Assembly: GCF_009914755.1 (NCBI RefSeq)
Contig: NC_060925.1
Source of the DNA: the human T2T-CHM13v2.0 reference genome, Homo sapiens
DNA length: 64,000 nucleotides
Direction: 5' to 3' (one strand)
Position numbers and translations under genes: made by a program. This document shows positions 13,620 through 29,600 of this stretch, piece by piece (position 1 is the stretch's first letter; every line of letters starts with the position of its first letter). The notes beneath the pieces are model-generated. The model saw nothing but the letters and a program-made list of their open reading frames with translations. It was not told the DNA's origin and did not search any database.

Positions 13620-14115
13620 TGGTTGGAATTCAAATGTCTCCCAGCCTTGTGTGAACTTTGGGTTTGCTCAGCTTATACGACCCTGGTAGTTTTTGCCCAG
13701 CTTCATGGAGTTCTAACTTCATGCCAAATTTGCTGCGTAGATTAGAATTCAGCAACAAACTCAAGGAGACTTACCGTGTTCTTTCTCTTCTTAGCTGCCT
13801 CCTTTCTAATTCACTGCCTCACAAGTCACTTCAGTCTCACTGAACTCTGGTCTCTGCCTCCTCAATATTGTGAGCCTGCTCTGCTCTGCTTGGGTTCTCC
13901 TTCTCAGTGCGATGCCTTGTGGCAAAAAGCTTGGGTGATAATAAGGCTGATCTTGTTTGTTTTGCTTCTTTTGGGGATCTAAGTCCGTAAGAGGACTTTG
14001 ATCCTGTATATCAAAGTCCTGTGTTGCTTGTTGTCTCATGTTTGAAAATAACGGTTTCATATGTTTCTGGTGGGATGGCAAGTCTGGTACTTCTTACTCC
14101 ACTGTGGTGTCTGTT
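13620..14115 (-). mobile_element. Ancient L1 (L1ME-type) 5' end fragment
   Basis: 'ctgtgttgcttgttgtctcatgtttgaaaataacggtttcatatg...ggcaagtctggtacttcttactcca' resembles the antisense of old L1M 5' termini. Confidence 0.55.
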
Positions 14116-14257
14116 GAAACAAATAATAAAACTTTGGCTTGTGCTTTGCCTATCTTTTTTTTTTTTTTTTTTTAATTTCATTTTACTATTTGTTCTTATT
14201 CTACTTTAAAAATACATCAGTCTGTGAGAGAAGGAAAATAAAAAACTACTTTTAAAT

Positions 14258-14418
14258 ACAATAGTTTAAATGTTAATGTGCATACAGATCACCTGAGAGA
14301 TCTTGTTAAAATTCAGATTCTGATTTAGCAGGGGGTTGGAGTCTGAGAGTCTAACAATCTTCCTGGTGATGTCAGTGCTGCCAGTCCAAGCACCACATTT
14401 CATGTAGCAATGCTCTAT
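14258..14418. mobile_element. MER5A MITE
   Basis: 'gcatacagatcacctgagagatcttgttaaaattcagattctgatt...ggtgatgtcagtgctgcc...ccacatttcatgtagca'. Confidence 0.75.
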
Positions 14419-15911
14419 GCAGCAGGAAAACCAAGATTTGAGTTCAGACCCATAATGAGCATTGATAACTGGTAGTTCATGTCATTGAAGCAGCCAAACG
14501 CATGAAGAAATATTAAGACAGTCCAGGTAGGGGAAGAGACACTTGTTTCTTTTTTCTCCCTTCTCTCTAAACCAACCTTGGAGGAGTTGGTCTTAAAAGT
14601 GGGGAGTGGCGGGGTTGGGGGATAGGAAGAGATGATTCAGATGAAGATCATGTCTTACCTTTACTTGACTATGCCAACGAGTCAGGGTCCCAGCTCAAGG
14701 CTGTACTGTGGCAATTCGCTGGCAGCACATGAAACCCTGATGGAATTCAACTCTATTAAACTTTTAAATACTGAAAGTGATAGAATTGCCCAAAATAACA
14801 TCAAAGCACAAGAAGATTATACAGAATATTACTAAAAGCAGTGATTAGAAAAAAATTATTTCGTATTTATGCTTTTCAATCTTAAAACTATTCAAAAATG
14901 TCATTATATATATATACATTTGCCTTGAGAAAATATTTCAACTGCATTTCAAAGTTGGTATGAAAATGAAGCACATTATAAAATTATTTTTAAATGTTAC
15001 CAAAAAGCTGTGTTTATGCAACTCAAAATTAAAAACATCCTGTTTAGAATAAAACACACATGTGCACACACACATTTTATAATGGAGTCAAGTCAGCATT
15101 TTTATGATTGGCATCTCTTATCTGTTTAAGGTTGATCACTTTATGTATAATGTGTTTACTTTTTTAATACAAACTTATTCAGCTTGCAAGTTATTGAGAG
15201 ATGTGGTGAAATCTAGGTAATGGAAAACATACAATGTAAGGCTGATTAACTCTAAAGAGAAGAATTATTTTGTGACACTGCATAGGCAACAGGATTGGAT
15301 AATTTTGTGGATGCATAAATTGAATTACAATTATTGCCAAAGGCAGCAGCACCATTAGAAAGCACATCAAAAAAGTAACCAAACCAGACACACTGCCAGC
15401 GTTTTTAATGGGTGTATCAATTGTCCCTGAAGATGTTGCTGAAAAATAACTTGGTGAGAATCTCTTTCTGCTGTGCTTCAGAAAAGGGAACTAGAAATAC
15501 ACGCATTCCGTTGACTTAGAAAACTGTGCATATTTTTGGATGTTAAGTGAGCCAGCTCATGCAAACATGCAGACAAGCATGTGCACACATGTGTGCGCAC
15601 ATAAAGCAAGCTTTATTGTGCTTATCTTTTTGACATTCAGAGTGGAATATTTGTCCATCAGCCTTCAGCCAGAAAGCTATATTCCCTAAAAAAATACCCA
15701 TAGAGAACGTAGCTTCTCTATCCTAATTCTGACATTCGAAATCCTTTTAAAACTTTCCCATATGAAAAAGAGAAAAGGTAACTACTGTTTTGTTAAGATG
15801 AATCTACTCCTACTCTTGCTCAACTTTAGTTCCATCTCTTCTAAGAGGTTTTTTTTTTTTGCCATTTCAGTATAAAATGATCTATTTATTTATCATTTTC
15901 ACTCGTTTGTC

Positions 15912-16026
15912 ATCTATCTATCATCTATATATCTATGTATCTATCTATGTATCTATGTATCTATCTATGTATCTATGTATCTATCTATCTATCTATCTAT
16001 CTACCTATCTATCTATCATCTATCTC
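15912..16026. repeat. Compound (TCTA)n/(TGTA) tetranucleotide microsatellite
   Basis: Directly visible TATC array with interspersed TATG units. Confidence 0.95.
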
Positions 16027-16165
16027 TTTCATTTAAACAGTGCTGAGTATCAGTAATTATTACTCTTTGTGCTATTTGCCAAAATAACTCTTCCAGGGCA
16101 AGGAATTTGTCATTTTGGGGTATCTTAGAGCACTTGTCGTGGTACCCAACATACAATAAGTATTT

Positions 16166-16353
16166 AATAATAATCATGTTGAGCTCTGAGTATATGCTAG
16201 ATATTGCTATATTACTCACATCTAATATTTCTCTTATGGTAACAGTGAGGTAGCTGTTTTCTCCATTTTCTAGATGAGGAAACTGAGGCTCAGAGAGGTT
16301 AAATGGCTTGCTAAGCCCATCCATTGGGTTAGAATTTTAGTCTGACTCCAAAA
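16166..16353 (-). mobile_element. MIR
   Basis: Well-preserved core 'ccattttctagatgaggaaactgaggctcagagaggttaaatggcttgc'. Confidence 0.85.
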
Positions 16354-16544
16354 TTTTATTCCAATGATATCTAACTTTTCTGGTACCCTATATAGGCATT
16401 ATCTAATAAATTAGGAGATCGAATTGTAGACTCTCTAAATATCTCACTGATTTTGCACTAGTCACTTTATTGCTATCAACTTTAGTTTACCTTGCTCTAA
16501 GACAAAAATAAATCCACATCACCTACATATGTGTGAACATGAGA

Positions 16545-16985
16545 AATAATATTTATTGAATACCTTTTATGTACCACAAACTATACTAGTCAACCTGTTA
16601 CACACATTCATCTCAATTCTCCCAATGCCCCTAAAAAGCATACATTGTTATTTTAAATATTAGATTCAGGAGGTACATGTGCAGGGTTCCATGGGTGTAT
16701 TGCGTAACGGTCAGGTTTGAGTGTCCGGTGTACCCATCGCTCTAATAGGGAACATTGCGCTCAATGGGTAATTTTCAACCCTCACTTCTCTTCCACTCTC
16801 CCCACTTTTGGAGTCCCTAGTGTCTATTATTTCCATAAAAGCATATATTATACCTGTTTTATAGTTACTGAAGGTGAGATCCAAAGAAGTTAAGTAAATT
16901 GCTCAAATATTCAGCCTGAAAGCGATGGAGTCTGGATTTGAGCCTAGGTGTATCTGACCTTAAAATTATTGTCTTTCAATTCCTC
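16545..16985 (-). mobile_element. MIR interrupted by a short L1
   Basis: 'ataatatttattgaatacc' on the left and 'gaagttaagtaaattgctca...ggatttgagcctaggtgtatctgac' on the right. Confidence 0.6.
16650..16836 (-). mobile_element. Severely 5'-truncated L1 (L1PA15/16-L1PB-age 3' end) with TSD
   Basis: 'gattcaggaggtacatgtgcagg...ttttggagtccctagtgtctattatttccat'; TSD aaaagcata(c/t)att at ~16634 and ~16837. Confidence 0.8.
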
Positions 16986-19381
16986 TGTGTCAACAATTGG
17001 AGGAAAAACTGCTGCCGAGTTAATATTGATGTAGACAAATCACTTCTTATTTAGGGAGAAAGGATAGACTTCTTTAATCCACTTATATTGCATATCTCTG
17101 TTAGGGCTCAGATTAGCCTTACTTTAAAAAATATTATCCCTATTGAAAATGTGGTTAAAAGCAGAAGTTAATCAAGTCAGAGTGATTGTGATAAAAAAGA
17201 TGTAAATTTACCAGCATATCTGTCGATAGAAAAAACTGTAACTTGTATTACTTTTGAGATTCTGCAAAGTGTAGGCAATGTTTTACATATCTCTACTTCA
17301 GGGACATCTGTGAATGCCTTTGACGTCATTAAAAACGTTTAGCTTTCCAGTTTACAACTAATAGTAGTAGGTATCACTAATGTGTTAACGTGTTTTGTAA
17401 GCCCTACCAAAGACATATAGTGAAGAAATCAAGGTTTGATTCTATAAGTAGCCTTTTCACTTGGCCTGTAAATCCAACTTTTTCTTTTAACTGCAGAATT
17501 TTTTTTCAGCAACTAATTAGTCAGGGATGGATTTAGGTATTGTTATTACTTGTCTATTTTACTCACTCCAATCTGACATGTGACTAACTTTTTTTTCCAT
17601 TTCATTATGGAGTATTACATCTGAATTCAGGGTAGTGAGCTGCATTTATGCTGCCGTTAAAATAGTGTAGACTCAGAAAACCAATTTCCTGTTTGGGGGA
17701 AAGAATGAACAAACCTATAACTATTTCTCTCAGGATGTCTCCCAGTGCAATTTTCACCTCGAATTAAACCATTAAGTCAAAATCTGCAAACACCGCCAGA
17801 AACTTTTGGCTTAATATCATATAGCAGTTAAGATTATTTTCTTTTAAAAGATAAGTTAACAAATCTTTCAATTAACAGGAAGTTGCCACTGCTTGCCTTT
17901 ATGTGAATATGCTTTATTTAGCATTAAGGCAGTTCTACAAAAAGCCCTCCTAAAAATATACATACATTTTTCTCTATCACGTGAAGGTCACCCTAGCTGC
18001 TAATCTAACTTTATTGAGAAGGTCTTTTGTGCAACTGATAAATAGGGAATGTGCTTATTTCAATTTCTCCCCACGTCCCGACAGAGAATTTTTCCTCAAG
18101 GCGATATTAAACACGTAAAGTGAAGAACTAATGCAAAATTGGCCTTTACATTGTGCAATCTAAATAACTTCTGTACTATACTTTGCTAATGAATATGTAG
18201 CCCAGGAGTCCATTAAGATCTACATGGCAAGGTAGTAGTAATAATCTGAATAGTGTGCAGTTCTTAAGGACCACTAAGGACCCTTAGCAATCCAGAGCCT
18301 GAGTTCCTCTGCCAAGCATGTTGAGAACACAGCTTTCATACTTGGAAGTGAGATATCTCCTGCTGCACTAGTTACATCTGGAAAAAACGCCAAAAGTATG
18401 AATTCTTCTTAGGCCAACCATCCAGTGCCTGCTTGCACCAAGCCTGACCATGAACAATATTTTGGCTATAATTTAGCTATTGTAAAAGCAGTTTACAGTG
18501 AATTTTATGAAAAGTCGAGCACAGCTCTGTTCTGCACTACTGCTTCCAGGTAGATGTGTGAGACTACTGGAACATGTCAGCACTCATTGGTCTCCTACAG
18601 GTCTGTATCACCTTACCTGTACATTAAGGTAAGATTGGAGGATGTGAAATTCTGGATATCATGTAGTAGACCGAATACATAATCTTCTAGCAATCTATTT
18701 TGCTAACTTGAAACAACTCTGTTGCTTACAGATAAAATTATACATTTCATATTTATTCTTGAAAGCATGGGATTCAATCTCCACCAAGGGTTAAGCCTAG
18801 TAAACAATGTTCAAGCTAAAGTTACCTGAGGGAGGGAGACATATCTTGAGTTAATATAGCTGATCCTATAAAGAAGGTTCTTGGCAATTGCATTGATTTC
18901 ATTTTACTGAGAGTGATTTTGAGACATTAAAAAATAATTGAATATTTTACTCCCTTTACACACTCTGAAACATCTAAAAAGGACAAGGATATTTAGGAGC
19001 TATAGTACGTAAAATAATACACACTGTATAGTCACAGTTGAACACTTTTGTACATTTTCATTCTGCTATCTTTGCAGAAAATGCATTAACAATCAAAATG
19101 TGTCTTTTTTTGTTTTCCTTTTTTTCTTCTCTCTCTTTACTTTTATAAAAGGATGCTAGCACCAGTAAGCAAACTCTGTGTATGGCATTCTTGGAGAATA
19201 AATTTCTAACTGTGGTCAATATATTTCCTGCTGTGTTAGGTTAATAGCGCCTTTCCATTGTTTACTGCAGAAAATGCATTTCACTAAGGTTGTTCCTGTT
19301 TCATTAACTTACTTAAAAAACAAAAAAGCAGTAACTTCACGTTTAAAAAAAAGTATGTTCAAGGTGCACATTCCAGTTTCT

Positions 19382-19682
19382 TTCTTTTTTTTTTTTTTTG
19401 AGATGGAGTCTCACTCTGTCATCCAGGCTGGAGTGCAGTGATGCGATCTCGGCTCATCACAAGCTCCACCTCCTGGGTTCATGCCATTCTTCTGCCTCAG
19501 CCTCCCGAGTAGCTGGGACTACAGGAGCCCACCACCACGCTTGACTAATTTTTTTTGTATTTTTAGTAGAGATGAGGTTTCACCGTGTTAGCCAGGATGA
19601 TCTCGATTTCCTGACCTTGTGATCCACCTGCCTCGGCCTCCCAAAGTGCTGGGATTGCAGGCGTGAGCCACCGTGCCCGGCC
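19382..19682 (-). mobile_element. AluY with 16-bp TSD
   Basis: Y-type 'caagctccacctcctgggttcatgccattct' and 'gtgttagccaggatg'; perfect TSD gcacattccagtttct at 19366-19381 and 19683-19698. Confidence 0.95.
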
Positions 19683-19875
19683 GCACATTCCAGTTTCTAC
19701 ATCAAGAAAGTAGCCTGAATGAACATTGCTGGTCCAAAGTTTTTCTGGAGACTTGTGTTATAGCAGAGGGGAGGGAATTCTCTCTTCCCTGGTATGAAAA
19801 ATAATATGGTCACTATTTGCGATACATGATCTGAGCTCCCAGGGCAATAGCTCCTTAGAGACAAAACTATATCAG

Positions 19876-19878
<3 letters not shown>

Positions 19879-19916
<38 letters not shown>
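19879..19916. repeat. (AC)19 microsatellite
   Basis: Uninterrupted AC run followed by a short degenerate AC tract. Confidence 0.97.
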
Positions 19917-19918
<2 letters not shown>

Positions 19919-20069
19919 CACAAAACAACACACACACAATTTGAGTCAGGGGCAGTTTCTGTTTTCGCCATGTGAAGTCCCTAAGATCTCAGCAGACAAT
20001 TACATCTTGCATAAATGTGAACTCAGAACAAGAACTCCTTATTATCAGGAGGATGGCACCATTAATTAA

Positions 20070-21475
20070 TTAATTCATTCATTCATTCAATAAACACTGA
20101 ATGTCTTTTATGTGCTGCACACCATTCTAGGTATTACAGATAGAGTGATGAAAGACAAAGTTCCTGTATTCTAGTGAGGGTCACAAATAATAAATAAGTA
20201 AAATTCAACAATAGAACTTCAGGTTATATCCTATCTAAAAAGCAGAGTAATGGGGAAGAGAGTGATATCTAGTTTGGAGGCATGACCAAAGACAACCCCA
20301 AAGAGGTGACATTTGGGCAGCTGTGGGCAAAGTGAAGGAGTCAGTGATGTGAATATTTGGGACAAGCATATTTCATGCATAGGAGACCCCCCAGTAATAG
20401 AGATGTAGAAAAAGAGCTTGTTTTGTGTGTTTGAGGACCAGCCAAAGGCAAGAATAGCTGGAGTGCAGTGGCTAATGTGTAAAGACTAGAGAGTAAGCTG
20501 CAGGACACAGTGACAGCAAGGAGAATGGTGGGAGGATCTTTTAATACTCCAGGGGAAAGTATGTTGCTTGGACTCTGGTGGTAATCATGGGTGCAATAAG
20601 AATTAATGCTGATTTAGAAAATATTTTCAAGTAGAGTCAAAAAAGTCTTATACAGTGTGAAAAGAGAAAGAGGAACAGTGGTGCCATTAACTGAGATAAG
20701 GAAGACCATGGATGTATTAGGCCATTCTTGTGTTACTATAAAGGAATACCTAAGACTAGGTAATTTATAAAGCAAAGGGGTTTAATTGGATCACAGTTCT
20801 GCAGGCTGTAAAAGCATGGCATTAATATCTGATTTGCTTCCTGGCACGCTTGAAGGTATTTCCTGAGGCCCAGGCAGAAAATGAAGCAGGAGCACACACA
20901 TCACATGGTGAGAGGGGGAGCAAGAGAGAGAGAGTGGGGAGGTGCCACACTCTTTTAAACAGCCAGATCTTGCCTGAACGTGAACTCAGAGCAAGAACTC
21001 CTCATTATCATGAGGATGGCACCAAACCATTCATGAGGAATCCACCCCAATGACCCAAATATCCCCTACCAGGCCTTACCTCCAACATTGAGGATTACAT
21101 TTCAACGTGAGATTTGGAGAAGACAAACATCCAAACCATATCAGTGGGCGAGGCTCTTTTGTTGTTTCCAGTGGACAGCAAAAGTCTTATGCTGACCACG
21201 CCAAGTTTGGGAAGTTCAGTCAACATAAGAGTGGAGATGCCAAGTAGGTATTGGCTATTTGTATTTGGAATTCTGGGGGAAGGTTGGGACTGGGGTTATA
21301 AATGTAGGAGTCACCTGCCTATTGATAGTATTTAGCTCCTTGTGACTGATGTGATCAGGGGAGGCAGTGAGACAGAAGAGGTCTGGAAACTGTGAATAGA
21401 CATGCTGACTTTGGAGGTCTGGAAGAAGAAGAGAAACCCTGAAGGAGATTTCACATTGTGAGGACTGATGTCTAA
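20070..21475 (-). mobile_element. L2 fragment interrupted by an MST LTR
   Basis: (TTCA)n 3' tail at ~20073, 'gaggtgacatttgggcag', and 'gtggagatgccaagtagg...aaatgtaggagtca' after the LTR. Confidence 0.75.
20713..21143 (-). mobile_element. MSTA-like MaLR solo LTR
   Basis: TGTATTAGGCC...CCAAACCATATCA termini; homologous to the copy at 2515-2928. Confidence 0.9.
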
Positions 21476-23140
21476 TCATGCTGCTGACCATTCAGGTCAT
21501 ACAGTGCATCAGAAAACGATTTTACCTAGTCTTTGAACTATCATGGATAGAGGGAAAGAATTCTCTATAACTACTAATTAAAGCAATTATAGAGGGAAGA
21601 AACTCTTCAAGGCAGACAGGGTGAATGCCAGAAGAAGATGCACAATCAAAACAACCCTCCTTCTGCAACTCCCTCAAATTAAAGTCTGAGACTTCACTTT
21701 GTACCATATTCTATAAACTAGTTCCAGAAAAATATTATTTGAAACTTGTATACATAAGAATTTCTAAGCTAAATCTTAAGAGAACTGAATACAGTTTTTA
21801 ATTTTTACTTTGAATTTAGTCATTTTTAGTGAATCCTTGTATTATTTCTGAAATACCAATGTAGGAGTGTTCCTTCAAGAAATTATAATTGATTGAATTC
21901 ATTATTCTATTTCTGATGTTTACAATAGGCAAAATCAGTTGACTTGGTTCTTTATCAGGATAATATCTTAACAGAACTTTTTCTTCTAGTGGTGCACTAA
22001 ACATTTTAGGTGCTCCAAGCAAATTGTCCAAGGAGACATATCTCTTTGTCAGGATCCTTGATAAAATTGCTTTAAGAACAGGAAAAAAGAGCATTCAAAA
22101 AATATAAAAGAAACCCTATAGTTACATTACATGGAGTTATTTTCTTACCACTGAGTTTGCCCTTCATTTGTCTAAGAGTTGTTTACAAGGGTTGAGAAAG
22201 CTGACATATCTCTCTGTTCTTTAATTCTTTGTTTATGAACTAGTGTAATCAAACAAGAATGTACACAGCATAGGGAGTGGTAAACAACCATTGCTTTGTT
22301 TTCATAGTTTATAAAATTACAGAATTTCTCAGGAGGTTCACATCATTGTTTGGCGCAGAGCATTTTCCCATTAATTAAGATTCACTTACAGAGATTCAGT
22401 AAGCACATTTTAATTATTTCTTCAACATTGGCTAAAACCAAATGAATAAGAAGATAATGTACTCACTTTGAATTCATTTTAAAGATTTTTAAGTACATGT
22501 ATCTTTTGGCCCACATTGTTTACATTAGCCTCATTTTTATTATCCATTTGTGGCAGGATATTCTTAGCAACTAAAGCTGTTGCTACCCTTGTAATGTTCT
22601 GTAGAGATGCCACGTTTGAAGCATAGCTGACTTTGGAAGCCAAAGTGAAAGATCTAGTTAAAATGAAGCTCATCTTCACTTTTAAAGATGGTCAGTGTGT
22701 TTGACACCTTTCTCAGGAACTCCAGAAAGAAAAATCTATGGCTTGGATTTGACTCTGTGGAACCAATGGATACTCCTGTGGAAACTAAGAAACTAAAAAT
22801 TTACTGGACAAGACCCCTTAAAACTTGGATGCTAGGTTTGATATCCTGGAACTGCTATTCAGGCTGCTACATATTTGATTCCCAGGAGAATTCCACTCAT
22901 GTATTTGCTCACAACATCTCCTGGTATTTAAATATTGAAACACCAGACTAAGTATTATTACTGTTGCAAAGGACAAGACTGATAAAAAAAATACGTGCGT
23001 ATACAGACCTTATCTGATACCATACCTGTTTCCATGTTTAACCAATGAATATCTTTCTCAATTTTGTTTTATATTGGAGAATTTTATTACTTAAGATAAT
23101 GCTAACTCCAGAAATTGATCAACTAGAAAATTTTAACTAC

Positions 23141-25775
<2,635 letters not shown>

Positions 25776-25789
25776 ATTACTTAGTAAAA

Positions 25790-26130
25790 TCAGTGTTGAT
25801 TTCTCTCACATAAATTCCAAATGGGATGTTCTTGATTGGCAGGTAGCCTTCTATAATAAGGACCCAACCTCCTTCCACTTTGGGGCCCTTGCCTTCTTTA
25901 GATCCATGGATTTTCTTTTGAATTTTGTTCATGGAGAGGCAAGGAGAAGGTGGAGAAGGCTCATTTGCTTCTTTATCAGTTTACCTGGGAAGTGTTACTC
26001 CCCACTTCTGCCAACACCTTCATTAAGTACCAGTCACGTGGTTACAGTAATCTGCCAAGGAGAATGGGAAATGCAGCCCATTATTTGGCTGTTTCCAAAT
26101 AAAATCTCCACACAGTGCAACAGAATTATG
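25790..26130 (-). mobile_element. Old MLT1 (J/K/L-like) LTR remnant
   Basis: 'aaggacccaacctccttccac...gaagtgttactcccacttctgcc...cagtcacgtgg...ggagaatgggaaatgcag'. Confidence 0.45.
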
Positions 26131-26175
26131 AATCTATGATTTTCCCTGACTTATCTGCCTCAAAAATCCTTTATA

Positions 26176-26423
26176 ATTGAGACCATCCTGGCTAACAGAG
26201 TGAAACCCCGTCTCTACTAAAAATACAAAAAATTAGCCAGGTGTGGCAGTGGGCGCCTGTAGTCCCAGCTACTCTGGAGGCTGAGGCAGGAGAATGAACC
26301 CAGGAGGCGGATGTTAGAGTGAGCCGAGATCACGCCACTGCACTCCAGCCTGGGAGACAGAGCGAAACTCCGTCTCAAAAACAAACAAACAAACAAAAAA
26401 CCAAAAAACAAAAAAAAAACAAA
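26176..26423 (+). mobile_element. 5'-truncated AluY-like element with TSD and (AAAC)n tail
   Basis: Starts at 'attgagaccatcctggctaaca'; TSD aaaaatccttta(t/c)a at 26162-26175 and 26424-26437. Confidence 0.92.
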
Positions 26424-26499
26424 AAAAATCCTTTACATATGCTGAAGTGAGGGTATTTCATTCAAAGCAAATTTGGTAGGTCTTTATGTTTAAGGACAT

Positions 26500-26655
26500 C
26501 AAAAACTAACTGTTGCTTACTATGCTCATTACCTGGATGATGGGATCATCATTCATATTCCAAACCTCAGCATCACGCAATATACCCATATAACAAACCT
26601 GCACATGTATCCCTAAATCTAAAACAAAAGTTGGAGTTCAAATAAAAAATTAAAA
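26500..26655 (+). mobile_element. L1 3' end fragment (L1PA15/16-L1PB age)
   Basis: 'tactatgctcattacctggatgatgggatc...ccaaacctcagcatcacgcaatatacccatataacaaacctgcacatgta'. Confidence 0.8.
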
Positions 26656-29600
26656 TGTTACTCCATTAAAAAAGGAAAAAGAATGTGTAGCTTTATATTT
26701 TGTTTCCCTTTTTTTAAAAAAAATTAGTAGACCAAGAGTCCATTAATTTATTCATTCTGGTTTCCGATTAAAACAACTCCCATGTGCTTTGTAAACTCTC
26801 CAGTGTAATTGCCCATGTGCATTAGACTTCACTGGTCTTCAACATCAGTTTTTCCCAGTAATACGAAGTAATCTTTTCTAGTATCTGAGTCATATTTAAT
26901 GGCTTTCTCTTCTGCAAGAAAACAAAATCTGTGTAGTTAGGGTAAGCTGTGCATTAAAGACATTATTCAGACACCTTGATAGATAATAAAAAGAAGTGTT
27001 TTTTAAAAGGAATATTTTTTCATTTAAAATAGTTTTTCCTTTTTTAAAGAAATATTTAGGGTTAGTGCAGCATTAATTTGCAGATGACTTAACCTACACA
27101 AATATTCAGCAGAGGAAAAAAGTCACATTAATTGAGAGACAGTATCTTGTAATTTGTGACTTTAATTGATTGGTGGGGGTGGGGAAGAATGTGTCCTTTT
27201 GTTAGACATTTATTCTCAGCTTCCATTTGAAATTCTAGCTTTTAAGGATTTACTCCATTGAACTTGGAACTTTCCAATAGCCACGCAATAAAATGCAATA
27301 TAAATATTCCTGTACAATAAATACTACTGTCATTTAAGATTTAGCCTATGAAAAGACTCCTGGAAGCATAGGCCCCAGTGTAGAGGCCTGAGGAAGAAAA
27401 TAATCTGAAGGAGCTGAGTAGGATGCTGGAGATGGAAGGATGACGCCAGTGACGACTTTGACCTGTTCTGTAACTGCACTTTAAGTGGGGCTGATTGATT
27501 TGGAGTACAGTGAACAAGTGTCCGGGAGAAAAGCGAAGCTACTACTTAATTTTCCTCAAATACATTTCTCCAAATACATTTTCTAAATGCCCACTATTTG
27601 CTAGACATTTTGCTAGAAGTTGAAATAATGAAGAAAAAGATAATAATTCCTGTACTTCTGGAGCTTATTGTTTAGGGTAATTAAAATGGAAATAACTATC
27701 CTGGTAAACTGAATCAATAATAACAACAAATAACAGTGAAAATGGGATGATAATACTAGTAGTTTCAGTTTCATTTGAACTGTTTTGTCTTCCAGTAATA
27801 TATTTTAATTTACATATGTAACATTTATATTTATATATATACTGCTCATTGATACATTTATATATAGTTAACAATAGGATAAAAGGCAGGACAGTGTTAT
27901 TCATAGGACCCAGAATAATACTTGGTACATAACAGGCACTCAATCAATGACACTGTATGGATAAATAAAATTGTCTTGGATGAAAAATCAGGAGACTATA
28001 GTTCTTACTGAAATTCTACCAATTTTTCTTTGTGACATAACAAGTGATTCCCAGTTTTAGTTTTCTAATCCATATAATGGAATAAAAATACCCATTCTCC
28101 ACACCTTACAAAGTAGCAGCTCCTTGGGTAGGAAAAAGATAGCAGATATGTAAGACTTGTGAATGTTATTATAGCCAGTAAACAATCAAAATGAAATGGA
28201 GCATTTTCTTACTTAACTAAGATAGTTCCCTTTTTTGAAATAAGCTTTCTGATTGACGTGTTTCAGTGAAGTGAAAATCATTTTACTTTAGAACATTTAA
28301 TTGTATTACCATCAGACAAGTATTTTTGTGAAATTTCTAAGAACCTAGCATCTCTTAGAAATTTAGCCTAATAGAAGTGACTTGGGGCCCTATAAGAATC
28401 TCAGTGCATCTTTCCCAATCCTTTCCCATTTCTGGACAGACGTTTCCCAAAGAAATCCTTGGTTCACCCTTCTTCAACCTGGAATGCATAAAAGAATAAA
28501 CTATCACTTGAAGGCAATCTGACAACAGACTAAGAGAGAGGAGCACACTCAGAAATTTGAGATTAAGATAGAAGAGGCATGTTTTATTCAAAGTTCAATA
28601 TCCATTTATTTTGAGGATAAGGGTGTCTGTGTTGTGACTCATGCATGCTGTGAAAAAATGCCAAGTGTCTTGATAACTAATGTTAGTAAGGAAAGATTCA
28701 CCAAGAGGGGGCAGAAGCTCATGAAATGCTAATCCTTGAATTCAAGAGTAAGAATCAATTTCAGATTTTCATGTTTTTGGAACATTTCAGAGGACTTAAT
28801 ATTTTAGTTAAAAATCTATATATTCTGAGAGTAATGATAAACATATTTCTTTGCTACGATTCATCTCTGAGGTTTCTTTCCTTTCTTACTGCTTTGGCTT
28901 TCCCATTTTGCTTTTGTCTTCTTGCTGCCTCTCATCTTCCCTCTAAGCATTCAGATTAAAATTCCATTCCTTTACCTTCTTTAAAAAATATGATTATAAA
29001 TGTGCTCCCTTTATGGTATGTGATGAAAAAGCATAAACTTTAAGCCAGAAAGACAATACTTTCTTTGAAACCTCTCCTTTAACAAATGATTTTTCAGAGC
29101 TTTAAAAGCCCATAAAGAGAGTATGTTTTCTCCAGCCATTGAAGGTATGATAAATGATACATCCTGAGAGTGAACGGAAGAGTCATTTTAGAAAGTTTGA
29201 AGAACAAATACTCAGGCTTAGTTAGGGATTGTGTACTAACAAGAGGTACAAGGCAGTTAGGTGAATGACAATGTATCAAATTAATCCTATAAAATGACAA
29301 GGACAAACACTGGGGACCTCCATTGTGAAATGTCTTGGAGTAAAGGCTTAGCAAGAAGTCAGTCTTGCATAAACGTAAAAGCCAAACTCTTTTAAAAAAT
29401 ACGTTACCAAAGATGATTTATTTTTATGTGAGAATAGCTCTTTAGAAATTATTTTAGACCTTTTTCTTGAATATCAATATTGATTTAGCTAATAGGACAT
29501 GTCTTTTTTTCATCTTTATACAACAATGACTTCAAAAGAGGAGAAGGGGACTCAGAAGGAGCAATGACAGACTATGAGCACAGAATGATTTCAAAAACTT

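Noticed and set aside
26930-27180. Cluster of TAAT/ATTA homeodomain-like motifs
   Set aside because: Expected by chance in AT-rich DNA; cannot be supported without conservation data.
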